Assembly: GCA_963666565.1 (NCBI GenBank)
Contig: OY762911.1
Location: forward strand, 1,920,001-1,984,000
Direction of reading: 5' to 3'
DNA length: 64,000 bases
Source of the DNA: Thermoanaerobaculia bacterium
Lineage (GTDB): Bacteria; Acidobacteriota; Thermoanaerobaculia; Multivoradales; Multivoraceae
This document shows positions 48,353 to 58,012 of the stretch, one piece after another; position 1 is the first letter of the stretch, and the number at the start of each line of letters is the position of its first letter. Below the pieces are notes generated by a model. That model ran no database searches. It was given only the letters and a program-made list of their open reading frames with translations, and was not told the DNA's origin. Both the position numbers and the translations under genes were made by a program.

Positions 48353-48439
48353 GGCGGAACAGTAGCGGAGCCGAGACGCTGGCGCCTGCAGGCCAGGCGC
48401 TTGCAGGGAACTGGCCGCCAGAGGCGCCAGCCTTCCGCT

Positions 48440-48573
48440 GGGTGCGCGGGTCTTCCGACCCGCCCGCGGGCGAAGGCGCGGAGCGGCGCAGCCCGCGCAA
48501 CAAGCCGCCGGCCAAAGGTCGGCGACGATTCCGCATGCCGCCTCCGGCGGCGGCGGGTCAAAGGGCCCGCGCA
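48440..48573. mobile_element. REPIN/MITE-like doublet (degenerate)
   Basis: REP at 48440-48463, diverged inverted REP at 48553-48573; spacer resembles the 50257-50394 element in reverse. Confidence 0.7.
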
Positions 48574-48623
48574 GCGGCAGGTTCCCTTGGTTCCGGTCCT
48601 GCGATACCGTGGCCGCTTCCCGC

Positions 48624-50195
48624 ATGAGCTTGATCGCCTGGTCCTGGTTGTTCCTCGTCGTCTACCTGGGCGGCATGCTGGCGTTCGGCGTGATCGGCCG
48701 GAACCGGGTGCAGGGCGCGGACGACTTCGCGACGGCGCGGGCGGCTTACGGCCCCTTCTTCCTCGCCCTCGCCTTCGCGGCGACGACGGCGAGCGGGGCG
48801 ACGTTCCTCGGCTTCCCGGGGCTTGCCTACGAGCACGGCACGGCGGCGCTGCTGTCGGCGGTCCTCTACCCGGCGGGCGTGTATCTGGGCGTGCTGATCT
48901 GCATGCGGCTGGTGGCGAACGTGGGCGACCGGTTCGGCTCGCGTTCCATCCCGGAGTTCCTGGGCGACCGCTACCAGTCGGACGGCATCCGCGTGATCGT
49001 CACGGTGGCGTCCCTGCTCCTGTTCTTCTATCTGGCGGGCCAGCTCCTGTCGGGCCTGGTCATGTTCGAGACGATGCTCGGCCTGTCGCCGGCCTGGGCG
49101 CTCGGGATCACGGCGGTCGTGCTGATGGTCTACGTCTCGCTGGGCGGCGCCCACGCCGACATCCTCACCGACGGCGTGCAGGGCTTCCTCATGCTGCTGA
49201 TCGGCGTGCTGGTCATCGTCCTGTTCGTCGTCGGCGCCGGCCTCGACGGGGGCCTCGGCTCGGTCATCTCAAGTATCCGGGGGCAGGATCCGAATCAGGT
49301 CGGCTGGATCAACCGCTCGACGCCGCTCTACCACTCGTGGTGGTCGCAACTGGCGGTGCTTCTGGCCCATATCCCGCTGGGGCTGTTGCCGCACATCGGC
49401 AACAAGATCTGGGCGCTCAAGACCGGCAGGTCGCGCTTCACCTTCCTGCGTTTCGCTTCCGTCTTCGGCGTCACGCTGGGCATGCTCGGCCTCGGCGGCG
49501 CCCTGGCCCGGGCGGTGCTCGGCGGACGCCTGTACGAGGAGGGATCGACGCCGAACGAGGCGCTCCCGGCGCTGTTCATCGAGCTGTTCCCGGCCTGGCT
49601 GGCGGCCCTGATCGGCGTCGGCATCCTGTCGGCGGTCATGTCGACGGCGGACGGGCTGGTGGTCTCCTCGTCGCAGATCGTGGCGAACGATCTCTACCGG
49701 CGGACGATCGCGCCTCGGTTCCACTCGCACCTGAGCGACGAACAGCTCGATCGCCGGGTGCTGGTCATCAGCCGCTGGGCGACGGTGGGGGTCATGGTCG
49801 TTTGCGTGACGATGGCCTGGATGCTGATGGACATGAACATCGCGATCCTGGTCTGGACGGGGAACGGCGGCATGATGGCGGCCTTCGCCGGGCCGCTCGT
49901 GCTCGGCGCGCTCTGGAGCGGCGTGACGCGCGCCGGCGCCTACACCGGGCTGATCGCCGGCTTGAGCTCCTTCCTGATCCTGCATACCGGCGTCATCGAT
50001 CCGGCGTGGTTCGAGGGCAGCTTCCTGCACCCGGCGTTCTCCTGGCTGCACGGCGAGTCGCCGAACCCGACCTCCTGCGCGGCGCTCGCCGGACTGTTCG
50101 CGATGGGGTGCACCGCGGCCGTCTCGTTCGCAACCAGGCCGCTGCCCGAGACCCACGTCGCGTCGCTGTTCCGGCGCCTCCCGGCGACCGACTGA
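48624..50195 (+). CDS. Sodium:solute symporter family transporter
   Basis: ASGATFLGFPG, SIPEFLGDRY, GGAHADILTD..QG, SAVMSTADG, NDLY. Confidence 0.92.
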   Translation: MSLIAWSWLFLVVYLGGMLAFGVIGRNRVQGADDFATARAAYGPFFLALAFAATTASGATFLGFPGLAYEHGTAALLSAVLYPAGVYLGVLICMRLVANVGDRFGSRSIPEFLGDRYQSDGIRVIVTVASLLLFFYLAGQLLSGLVMFETMLGLSPAWALGITAVVLMVYVSLGGAHADILTDGVQGFLMLLIGVLVIVLFVVGAGLDGGLGSVISSIRGQDPNQVGWINRSTPLYHSWWSQLAVLLAHIPLGLLPHIGNKIWALKTGRSRFTFLRFASVFGVTLGMLGLGGALARAVLGGRLYEEGSTPNEALPALFIELFPAWLAALIGVGILSAVMSTADGLVVSSSQIVANDLYRRTIAPRFHSHLSDEQLDRRVLVISRWATVGVMVVCVTMAWMLMDMNIAILVWTGNGGMMAAFAGPLVLGALWSGVTRAGAYTGLIAGLSSFLILHTGVIDPAWFEGSFLHPAFSWLHGESPNPTSCAALAGLFAMGCTAAVSFATRPLPETHVASLFRRLPATD

Positions 50196-50200
50196 CCGCC

Positions 50201-50407
50201 GGGTGCGCGGGTCTTCCGACCCGCATGTCGGTGCGCGGGTCTTCCGACCCGCATGTCGGTGCGCGGGTCTTCTGACCCGCTGCCGCCGCAGGCGGCGTCC
50301 AGCATCGTCGCCGGCCTCCGGCCGGCGGCCTTCTTGTCCGGGCTGCGCCGCTCCGCGGCTTCGCCCCCGAGCGGGTCGGAAGACCCGCGCACCCAGTGCG
50401 CACCCAG
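50201..50407. mobile_element. REP cluster: two 28-bp tandem units + REPIN doublet
   Basis: GGTGCGCGGGTCTTCCGACCCGCATGTC x2, third REP at 50257-50280, inverted REP at 50371-50394. Confidence 0.85.
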
Positions 50408-50439
50408 CGGCGGCTAGGATTCGCCGCCGGAGGAATGCC

Positions 50440-51030
50440 ATGCCGAGGATTGCGGAGGAAGCGATGGACGTCCTGTTTCGGGATGCCCGCAGCCAGAACG
50501 GTTGGTTGCCGCGGGAAGTCCCGGGCGAGACCCTGCGGGAGCTCCACGACCTGATGAAGTGGGGGCCGACGAGCGCGAACTGCTGGCCGCAACGGGTCGT
50601 CTTCACCGTGAGCGACGAAGCGAAGGAGAAGCTGGCCTCGATCGCCATGCCGGGCAACCGGGACAAGATCCGGCAGGCGCCGGCGACCGCGATCTTGGGC
50701 TACGACCTGGCGTTCTTCGAGAAGATGGACGTGCTCTTCGCCCACAACCCGGGCATGGCCGAGATGTTCCGGGGCGACCTGGAGCTGGCCGAGGTGACGG
50801 CGTTCCGCAACGCCACCCTGCAGGGGGCCTGGTTCATGCTGGCCGCTCGCTCGCTCGGTCTCGACTGCGGCCCCATGTCGGGGTTCGACAACGCGAAGTG
50901 CGACGAGCTCTTCTTCCCCGGCACGACGGTGCGCTCGAACTTCCTCTGCTCGATCGGCTACGGCGATCCCGAAGCACTGTTCGGGCGCCTGCCGCGGCCG
51001 GAGTTCGACGAGGTCTGCCGCGTCGAGTAG
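50440..51030 (+). CDS. rutE: Malonic semialdehyde reductase (nitroreductase family)
   Basis: LFRDARSQNGW, KWGPTSANC, FRNATLQGA, GLDCGPMSGFD, IGYGD...RLPR. Confidence 0.85.
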   Translation: MPRIAEEAMDVLFRDARSQNGWLPREVPGETLRELHDLMKWGPTSANCWPQRVVFTVSDEAKEKLASIAMPGNRDKIRQAPATAILGYDLAFFEKMDVLFAHNPGMAEMFRGDLELAEVTAFRNATLQGAWFMLAARSLGLDCGPMSGFDNAKCDELFFPGTTVRSNFLCSIGYGDPEALFGRLPRPEFDEVCRVE

Positions 51031-51049
51031 CCGCCTCGCGCGCCACTGC

Positions 51050-51226
51050 GTGCGCGGGTCTTCCGACCCGCATGTCGGTGCGCGGGTCTTCTGACCCGCT
51101 GCCGCCGCAGGCGGCGTCCAGCATCGTCGGCGGCCTCCGGCCGGCGGCCTTCTTGTCCGGGCTGCGCCGCTCCGCGGCTTCGCCCCTGAGCGGGTCGGAA
51201 GACCCGCGCACCCAGTGCGCACCCAG
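51050..51226. mobile_element. REP/REPIN cluster, 177-bp direct repeat of 50231-50407
   Basis: By-eye alignment shows only 2 mismatches (51130, 51187). Confidence 0.88.
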
Positions 51227-51242
51227 TAGCGCGCGAGACGGA

Positions 51243-52685
51243 TCAACGCCGCCAGAAGGCGGGCAGGAGGATCGCCGCGACGGCGACGATCTCGAGCCGG
51301 CCCAGCCACATCAGGAAGATCAGCAGCAGCTTCTCCCAGCCGGCGAAGAAGGCGTAGTTGAGCGACGGGCCGGCCGCGCCCATCGCGGGGCCGACGTTCG
51401 ACAGGCAGGCCAGGGAAGACGACAGGGACGTCACCATGTCGTTGCCGGCGAGGGCGAGCACGGCGGCGACGCCGAGCCACAGGAAGGCGAAGAGGGTCAT
51501 GAAGCCGCCGAGGCTGCGCGCCACCTGGTCGCTGATCGTCCGGCTGCCGACCCAGAGCGCCAGAACCCGGCGCGGGTTGAACATGAGATGGACCTCGCGC
51601 AGAGCCATCTTCAGCGTCATGACGAGCCGGCCGACCTTGACGCCTCCCGCCGTCGAGCCGGCGCACCCGCCGACGAACATGGCGAGCAGCAGCAGGGTGC
51701 GCGACGTGTCGCTCCACGAGTCGTAGTCCCTCGTCGTGTAGCCGGTCGTCGTCATCAGCGACACGGAGTTGAACGCGGCCTCCCGGAGCGCCTCCAGCAG
51801 CGGCAGGTCCGCGTTGCGCCAGCGGTCCAGAGTGACGAGCGCCACGAGCACGGCGGCGATCGAGGCGTAGGCGCGGAACTCGACGTCCTTGTAGAGCTGG
51901 CTGGGCCGCGACCGGACGGCGAAGATCAGGGAGAAGTTGATGCCCGCGATCAGCATGAAGACGACGATCGTCCACTCGATGAAGGCGGAGTCGAAGGCGG
52001 CGACGCTCGCGTTGTAGGGGGCGAAGCCGCCGATCGACACGGTCGTCAGGGCGTAGCAGAAGGCCTCGTACTGGGTGGCGCCGCCGGCGATCAGCAGCAG
52101 GATGAGGACGACGGTCAGGCCGACGTAGATGCGCCACAGCACGGTCGCCGTCTTCTGTACCTGGGGCTGGAACATGTCCTGGGTCGGTCCCGGCACCTCC
52201 AGGCGGTAGAGCAGGCGGGCGCCCGGCCCCAGACTGGGGAACAGGGCGACGAACAGAAGCAGGATCCCCATGCCGCCGAGCCACTGGGTAAGGCTGCGCC
52301 AGAGCAGGATGCTGGGGCTCAGGAGCTCGATGTCGGTCAGGATGGAGGCGCCCGTGGTCGTGAATCCGGAGGCCGACTCGAACAGCGCCGAAACCGGGTT
52401 TGCGATCTCGCCGCTCAACACATAGGGGAGAGCGCCGAAGAACGAGGCGAGGATGTAGGCGCCGACCACGACCAGGGTCGCCTCGCGCCGGTAGATCTTC
52501 TCGTGGGGCCGGCCCCACCAGTGGGCCGCCGCGCCGGCGAGAGCGGAAACGATCAGCGATCCTCCCAGCGCCGCGGCGGGCCGCTCCTCGCCGTGCCAGA
52601 TCGCGAACAGGAAGGGAATCAACTGCGCGCCCGCCAGCAGCAGGAGGAGCCGCCCGACCAGACCGGAGACGGCGCGCAGGTTCAT
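51243..52685 (-). CDS. trkH: TrkH potassium uptake protein
   Basis: FESASGFTTTGAS, QWLGGMG, TTTGY, GGCAGSTAGGVK, SNVGP, LGRLE. Confidence 0.95.
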   Translation of the reverse strand: MNLRAVSGLVGRLLLLLAGAQLIPFLFAIWHGEERPAAALGGSLIVSALAGAAAHWWGRPHEKIYRREATLVVVGAYILASFFGALPYVLSGEIANPVSALFESASGFTTTGASILTDIELLSPSILLWRSLTQWLGGMGILLLFVALFPSLGPGARLLYRLEVPGPTQDMFQPQVQKTATVLWRIYVGLTVVLILLLIAGGATQYEAFCYALTTVSIGGFAPYNASVAAFDSAFIEWTIVVFMLIAGINFSLIFAVRSRPSQLYKDVEFRAYASIAAVLVALVTLDRWRNADLPLLEALREAAFNSVSLMTTTGYTTRDYDSWSDTSRTLLLLAMFVGGCAGSTAGGVKVGRLVMTLKMALREVHLMFNPRRVLALWVGSRTISDQVARSLGGFMTLFAFLWLGVAAVLALAGNDMVTSLSSSLACLSNVGPAMGAAGPSLNYAFFAGWEKLLLIFLMWLGRLEIVAVAAILLPAFWRR

Positions 52686-52794
52686 CCGGCGCCGGGAGCT
52701 TGCGCCGCCGGAGCAGCGAAGCGAGTGCCGCGTCGCGCGGTCGTGGTGGGATGGGGGCTCGGGTCAGGCACGGGTGTGCGACCGTGCAGCGCTC

Positions 52795-54828
52795 CTAGCG
52801 CGCCGCTGCCGTCGGCGCTTCAGGCAGCGCCAGCGCCAGCAGCTCGCCCTCGAAGCCCCTGCCGCCGATCGCCATCACGATGTACTGGCGGCCCTCGTGG
52901 AGGTAGGTCATCGGCGCGCCGCTGACGCCCGCGGGCAGTTCGATCTCGCCGACGACTTCGCCGGTCGCCTTGTCGTAGGCCCGGAACATCTTGCTGCCGG
53001 CGCCCTCCGGCTGGACCACCATCGCGTCCGAGCCGTCGGCCAGGAACACGAGGGTCTTCGTGACCAGGGCGGAGACCCGGCCCTGCTGGCCGAGCGGCGG
53101 CAGGTCGAGGTGGGCGAGAGCGGGGTGATCGCGCGGACCGTCGCCGTTCGGGACCATCCAGAGGTGCTCGCCGGTGTCCAGGTCGATCGCGGTCAGGCGG
53201 CCGTACGGCGGCTTCGTGATCGGCAGTCCGTTCGGCAGGGTGGTCCACTCGTAGCCGTCGGCCTCGCTCAGGTCGACGCGGTAGCGCAGGTTGGAGCGGG
53301 CCGGATCGGGCGGCGGGCGCAGTCCCAGGATCGCCGGTACGGTCACCGACGGCAGGTAGATCACGTTCGTCTCCGGGTCGAGCGCGGCGCCGTTCCAGTT
53401 GCTGCCGCCGACCGCCCCGGGCACCTGGATCGTCGGTTTGGCCTCCGGGCCGTCCATCAGGGTGGGCGGCTGGAAGATCGGGCCGATCCGGTACTGCGAG
53501 ACGTACTCGATCGCCATCGCCCGCAGCTCCGGCGTGAAGTCGATCAGGTCGTCGATGGCGAGCCCCTGGAGGTCGTAGGGGAGCGGCCAGGTCGGGTGCG
53601 GCTGGGTCGGCCAGGCCCGCTCGCCGGGCACCTCGGACGGCGGCACGGGCAGCTCGACGATCGGCCAGACCGGCTCGCCCGTCTCCCGGTCGAAGACGTA
53701 GAGGAACGCCTGCTTGGAGGGCTGCGCCAGCGCCTTGATCGGCTTGCCGTCGACGACGATGTCCGCGAGCACGGGCGCGGCAGGGAAGTCGTAGTCCCAG
53801 AGACCGTGATGCACGGCCTGGAAGTGCCAGCGCCGCTCGCCGGTCTCGGCGTCGAGAGCGAGGATCGACTCCGCGAACAGGCCCATGCCGGGGCGGTGGC
53901 CGCCGTACCAGTCGTTGCTCGGCGTGCTGGTCGCCGCGTAGGCCATGCCGAGTTCCTGGTCGCAACTGATCCAGGTCCAGACGTTGGCGGCGCCGGCTTC
54001 GGCCGCCTCGGGGCTGTCCCAGGTGTCGAATCCGAACTCGCCCGGCTCGGGAACGATGTTGAACCGCCAGCGCAAGGCCCCGGAGCGCGCGTCGTAGCCC
54101 CGGATCATCCCCGGCGGGTTCTTCCGCCGCGACCAGGCGTCGGCCGTCGATTCGCCGACGACGATCGTGTCGCGGCACACGACGGGTGCCGAGGTCCAGA
54201 AGTACTGGCGGCGTGTCAGCCCGCTCCCGACGTCGAGCATGTCGGCCCTGCCGCCGTCGCCGAAGTCAGGGTCCAGGTCGCCGGTGTTCGCATCGAGGGC
54301 GGTCAGGCGGCCGTTGCCGGTGAAGAACAGCCGCCGCCGTTCGCCGTCGTTCCAGGTCACGCCGCCGCGGACAGAGCCGCGGCCCATGTTCCGCGGCTGT
54401 TCGTCCTCGAACGGATCGTAGGTCCACAGGATCTCGCCGCTTGCCGGGTCGAGGGCCGCCGCGCCCAGGCCGGTGGCGACAAGCACGCGCCCGTCGCGCA
54501 TCATCGGCGTGTTCTGGAAGACGAAGGGCGGGACGACGCCATCGTGGCGGGCGGCGAGCCCGTAGTCGATCGACTTCCAGCGCCAGGCGACTTCCAGCCG
54601 GTGGACGTTCGTGCGGTCGATCCGGTCGAGGGGCGAGTACTTGCTGCTGCGGCTGTCCGCGGCGTAGTTGTGCCACTCGCCGGCGGGTTGGGCGCCGGTT
54701 ACGCCGGCGGAAGCCGGCCGGGGCGAGGCGGCGGTCTGGGCGGCGGCAGCGGAAGCCGCGGCGCCGCCTCCCAGCGTGCCGATGGCGACGGCGACGAGGC
54801 GCCGACGGGTGGCCGCGGCGCGGATCAT
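52795..54828 (-). CDS. PQQ-dependent (quinoprotein glucose-like) dehydrogenase
   Basis: SKYSPLDRIDRTNV, WHFQAVHHGLWDYD, GGSNW, KPPYGRLTAIDL, PMTY..GRQY. Confidence 0.88.
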   Translation of the reverse strand: MIRAAATRRRLVAVAIGTLGGGAAASAAAAQTAASPRPASAGVTGAQPAGEWHNYAADSRSSKYSPLDRIDRTNVHRLEVAWRWKSIDYGLAARHDGVVPPFVFQNTPMMRDGRVLVATGLGAAALDPASGEILWTYDPFEDEQPRNMGRGSVRGGVTWNDGERRRLFFTGNGRLTALDANTGDLDPDFGDGGRADMLDVGSGLTRRQYFWTSAPVVCRDTIVVGESTADAWSRRKNPPGMIRGYDARSGALRWRFNIVPEPGEFGFDTWDSPEAAEAGAANVWTWISCDQELGMAYAATSTPSNDWYGGHRPGMGLFAESILALDAETGERRWHFQAVHHGLWDYDFPAAPVLADIVVDGKPIKALAQPSKQAFLYVFDRETGEPVWPIVELPVPPSEVPGERAWPTQPHPTWPLPYDLQGLAIDDLIDFTPELRAMAIEYVSQYRIGPIFQPPTLMDGPEAKPTIQVPGAVGGSNWNGAALDPETNVIYLPSVTVPAILGLRPPPDPARSNLRYRVDLSEADGYEWTTLPNGLPITKPPYGRLTAIDLDTGEHLWMVPNGDGPRDHPALAHLDLPPLGQQGRVSALVTKTLVFLADGSDAMVVQPEGAGSKMFRAYDKATGEVVGEIELPAGVSGAPMTYLHEGRQYIVMAIGGRGFEGELLALALPEAPTAAAR

Positions 54829-56072
54829 CCGTGGCTCTCGTCGTCGGGATGGGCTTCCCTGTCGGGATCCGTTTGCTCGGCGTCGGGATCGGTTTGCCCG
54901 CCGGGATCGGCCTGCCCGTCCGGCGCCGCTCGCGTGGCGTCGGGCCGGGCCGGCTCTTCGCCGTTGTCCTCGGCGTCTTCGGCCGCCGCGGCGGCGCGGG
55001 CCTCGGCTTCGAGCTTCTCCTTGATCTCCTCGACGACGGCCGGGAGGCGCTGGTTGCCGAGCGCCTCGCTCAGAGACTCCTGCCAGGTCAGGCGCCTGCC
55101 CGGCGTGCCGTCGGGATTCGGCTTCGGACCGAGCCAGTCCAGCGTTCCCAGGAAGCTGTCCATGCGGGACACGGTGTCCTCGTACCACTTGTTCCTCTCG
55201 TCGCCTTCGCCGCGGCCGAAGTTGAAGAAGCCGTGGGCCTGGCCGTGGTAACTGACAAAGTCGCAGCGCGCGTCGTGCTTCCGCAGGCCGCGGCAGAACC
55301 GGTCCGCCGTGCTGTGGGGCACCGTCTCGTCGGCGTCGCCGTGGAAGATGATCGTGGGCGGCAGGCCCTCCCGCAGGTGGTGGTAGGGGGACATCGATTC
55401 GGGCGGCGCCCCGAACCGCTCGCCGAGCGCCGCGAAGCGCTCGCGCTCCTCTTCCGTCGGCGCCGGGTCGCCCTCGACGGGCGCCAGGACCGTGGCCGGG
55501 TTGAACAGAACGAGAGCGTTCGGCACGGGGCTCGGACCGTCCGGATCGGGGTCGTGGCCGGGCAGGGTGGCCGTGGCAGCGGCCAGGTGGCCTCCCGCCG
55601 AGCCGCCGCCGGCGGCGATGCGGTCCGGGTCGATGCCGAGCCGGCCGGCGTTCGAGCGCAGCCAGCGGACGGCGCTCTTGGCGTCCTCGACGCACTCGTG
55701 CGCCGTCACGCCGTGGCGGCTGGCCACCCGGTAGTCGGCGACCGCGGCGACCATGCCGCGCTCCGCGAGGTAGCGGCAGTGCTGCAGGAACTGCTGCGGC
55801 GAACCCCCGCGCCAGCCGCCGCCGAAGAAGAAGACGATCGCGGGCCGCGAATCGTCGGCGGAGTGGCCCTCGGGGTTGCAGAGGTAGATGTTCAGCTCGA
55901 CGTCGCCGGCGGTGCGGTACACCTCGGAAATCGTGCCCTCCATCTCGGGCGGATAGGGCCGCTGCGCCTCGAGCGGGACGGCGCCGGCGGCCGCGAGCAC
56001 GAGGGCTGCGGCGAGCGCGGTAGCGACGGCGGGCGTACGTCGGTCGGGTCGGATGATGGTCGAACGTGTCAT
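54825..56072 (-). CDS. Alpha/beta hydrolase (esterase), secreted
   Basis: FFGGGW, DYR, GGSAGGHLA, FHGDADETVP, HGFFN; acidic repetitive tail. Confidence 0.88.
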   Translation of the reverse strand: MTRSTIIRPDRRTPAVATALAAALVLAAAGAVPLEAQRPYPPEMEGTISEVYRTAGDVELNIYLCNPEGHSADDSRPAIVFFFGGGWRGGSPQQFLQHCRYLAERGMVAAVADYRVASRHGVTAHECVEDAKSAVRWLRSNAGRLGIDPDRIAAGGGSAGGHLAAATATLPGHDPDPDGPSPVPNALVLFNPATVLAPVEGDPAPTEEERERFAALGERFGAPPESMSPYHHLREGLPPTIIFHGDADETVPHSTADRFCRGLRKHDARCDFVSYHGQAHGFFNFGRGEGDERNKWYEDTVSRMDSFLGTLDWLGPKPNPDGTPGRRLTWQESLSEALGNQRLPAVVEEIKEKLEAEARAAAAAEDAEDNGEEPARPDATRAAPDGQADPGGQTDPDAEQTDPDREAHPDDESHG

Positions 56073-56112
56073 CGGCGCCTCTTGGTAGAAACTCGGCGCA
56101 CGGAGTCTAGCT

Positions 56113-56273
56113 GGGTGCGCGGGTCCTCTGACCCGCTGCCGCCGAAGGCGGCCAGAAAGCGTGCCGGCAGCCGGCCGGCGCCGCAAGAGCCCCGTCGGCG
56201 CCGCCGCGAGAGCCCCGTCGCCGCCGCCGCAAGAGCCCCGTCGGCGCTGCCGCGAGAGCCCCCGTCGACGCCG
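56113..56273 (+). repeat. REP arm A followed by 23-bp tandem repeat x4
   Basis: REP at 56113-56136; CCGC[A/G]AGAGCCCCGTCG.CGC.G units at 56181, 56204, 56227, 56250. Confidence 0.88.
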
Positions 56274-56287
56274 CGGCAACAGCCTCA

Positions 56288-57688
56288 TCAGCGGCCCGTC
56301 TCGCTGGCGGCCTCGGCGCCGTCCTCGCCGCCAGGGTTCTCCTCCGCTTCGCCGCGGATCCAGACCAGCCGATACACGTCGAGCGGCTGCAACCCGGCTT
56401 CCAGGTCTTGCCGGATCCGGTTCGAGGTACCCGGGCGGGCGTCGAACGCGCCGCGCTCCAGGAACGCAAGGACCCGCTCGCGGTCCCTGCAGGCGTCGTC
56501 CCGCTCGTCGCAGCCGAAGTCGTCGCCTTCCGTGTCGAGCAGGAAGAGGAGCGGGTCGGGCGACACGAACCGGCCGTCCAGGCCGCGGAACGCCTGCCAG
56601 AGATCGAGGGGCGGAATCGTCCAGCCGTCGCCGGACTCCGCGAATCCGACCGCCTCGATCACGCGGCCGTCCGGCACGACGGTGACGACGCCGGGGAACG
56701 GGTCGAACACCCGCCGCGACAGCTCCCGCAGGGTGAAGGCTTCGTCCTCGGGGACCTCGAAGATCTCCATCAGCGGCTCGCCGGCTTCCACGAGCCGGTC
56801 GATCAGTTCGAGCTCCAGGTCGCGCAGGACCGGCTGGCCTTGTTGCTGCCCCTGCCGCTGGCTCGGCGGCTGGCCGGACGGCGCTGGCGGCGCCGGTTGC
56901 GCCGTGGACAGCGCCAGTTCCCTGGGCGGCACAACGAGCCGCGATTCCGGCAGATCCTCCCCGCGGGCGGCCCCGAAGAGCCCGCGCAGGCACTCGAATC
57001 GGCGGCCGGGATTCTCGTCCATGTAGCGCCACAGCGCGGCGGCCCGCCGCTGGTAGCGGGCGGCGTCGGCGGCGAAGCCGCGCAGGCCGCGCTCGACGGT
57101 GTCGGACTCGCCGGCCGTGGCCCGGGTTCCGCCGTCGAACGCGAACTCCAGGGAGACGGTTTGAGGCGGCGGCCGCTGCTCGTCGGGCAGGCGCCGCTCG
57201 TTGTCCCAGACGGCGAGGGACGGGCGGACCGCCGTGTTGGCGAAGAACGCCTGGAGTTCGGCGTTCGGGTTGCCGGCGAGCGCCCAGCGACGGTAGCCGG
57301 TCAGTTCCCGGTTCGCCCGTTCCCACTCCGCGCCGTCGGCGAGCGGCTCGTACAGGCGGTCGAACCGGACGTGCCAGACGTCGTAGCCGTTCGTCAGCGC
57401 CTCCGCACGGTCGTTCAGCCGGCGCTCGATCGGCGCGTTGCCTTCCGGAACCTTGTGGCGCCGGATCGCGACCGCCGCCTCGATCCTCACGTAGCCGTTC
57501 GTGTCGGCCTGCTCGAAGGCGTCGTCGTCCGCGGCCTGACGGTCTTCCGCCGACGGCGGGAAGAACTCGAGGCGCAGCGTCTCGGCGACCGGATCGTCCG
57601 TGCAGCCGGCGAAAGCTGCCGCAAGCAGCGCGGAAGAGACCGCCGCCGCGCAGCGGCCCCGGAAGCTGCCGTGGTCGAGCACCGTCAT
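56288..57688 (-). CDS. Hypothetical lipoprotein
   Basis: Lipobox LLAAAFAGC; long coherent ORF; no recognised domain. Confidence 0.6.
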   Translation of the reverse strand: MTVLDHGSFRGRCAAAVSSALLAAAFAGCTDDPVAETLRLEFFPPSAEDRQAADDDAFEQADTNGYVRIEAAVAIRRHKVPEGNAPIERRLNDRAEALTNGYDVWHVRFDRLYEPLADGAEWERANRELTGYRRWALAGNPNAELQAFFANTAVRPSLAVWDNERRLPDEQRPPPQTVSLEFAFDGGTRATAGESDTVERGLRGFAADAARYQRRAAALWRYMDENPGRRFECLRGLFGAARGEDLPESRLVVPPRELALSTAQPAPPAPSGQPPSQRQGQQQGQPVLRDLELELIDRLVEAGEPLMEIFEVPEDEAFTLRELSRRVFDPFPGVVTVVPDGRVIEAVGFAESGDGWTIPPLDLWQAFRGLDGRFVSPDPLLFLLDTEGDDFGCDERDDACRDRERVLAFLERGAFDARPGTSNRIRQDLEAGLQPLDVYRLVWIRGEAEENPGGEDGAEAASETGR

Positions 57689-58012
57689 CCTGTTCGGGTG
57701 GTCTCCTCGCTGCCTCTGAGGTGTTTTCACGCGGCCGCCCGGGCTATCGCGGCCGCGTGGCCCGCGGCCGGCTGGCCCCGGCGGTCGCGGATCCACCTTA
57801 GCCGGTACTCGCCGAGGAACGTGAGCGCCTGCTCGAGGTGTTGCGCAACGTCCGCTGCTTCAGCCGGCCGGCATTGCCGCGACGGCGGCCGCGAGGATGC
57901 GACGAGTCGCGCTGGGTCGGGTGAGGCGGCGGCGGGGCGTGTGGATCGTGTGCATCCAGTTTGTGCAACGCGCGTAGGATCGGCGATCTTCCGAGCGTCA
58001 ACCGTCCCGCCG

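Noticed and set aside
14204-50275. Very long ORFs such as 14204-17812, 41706-45050 and 46217-50275
   Set aside because: Arg/Gly/Ala-rich shadow frames opposite or overlapping recognisable genes; expected at this GC content.
50201-50280. 28-bp palindromic repeats as a CRISPR array
   Set aside because: Units are directly adjacent with no unique spacers, the same motif is dispersed in both orientations, and no cas genes are seen.
56181-56273. 23-bp repeats as CRISPR or iterons
   Set aside because: No spacers and no rep or cas gene; simple tandem repeat.
57727-58010. Possible small minus-strand gene (AEAADVAQHLEQALTFLGEYRLRW)
   Set aside because: No convincing start or family match; it may be a remnant, but support is too weak.
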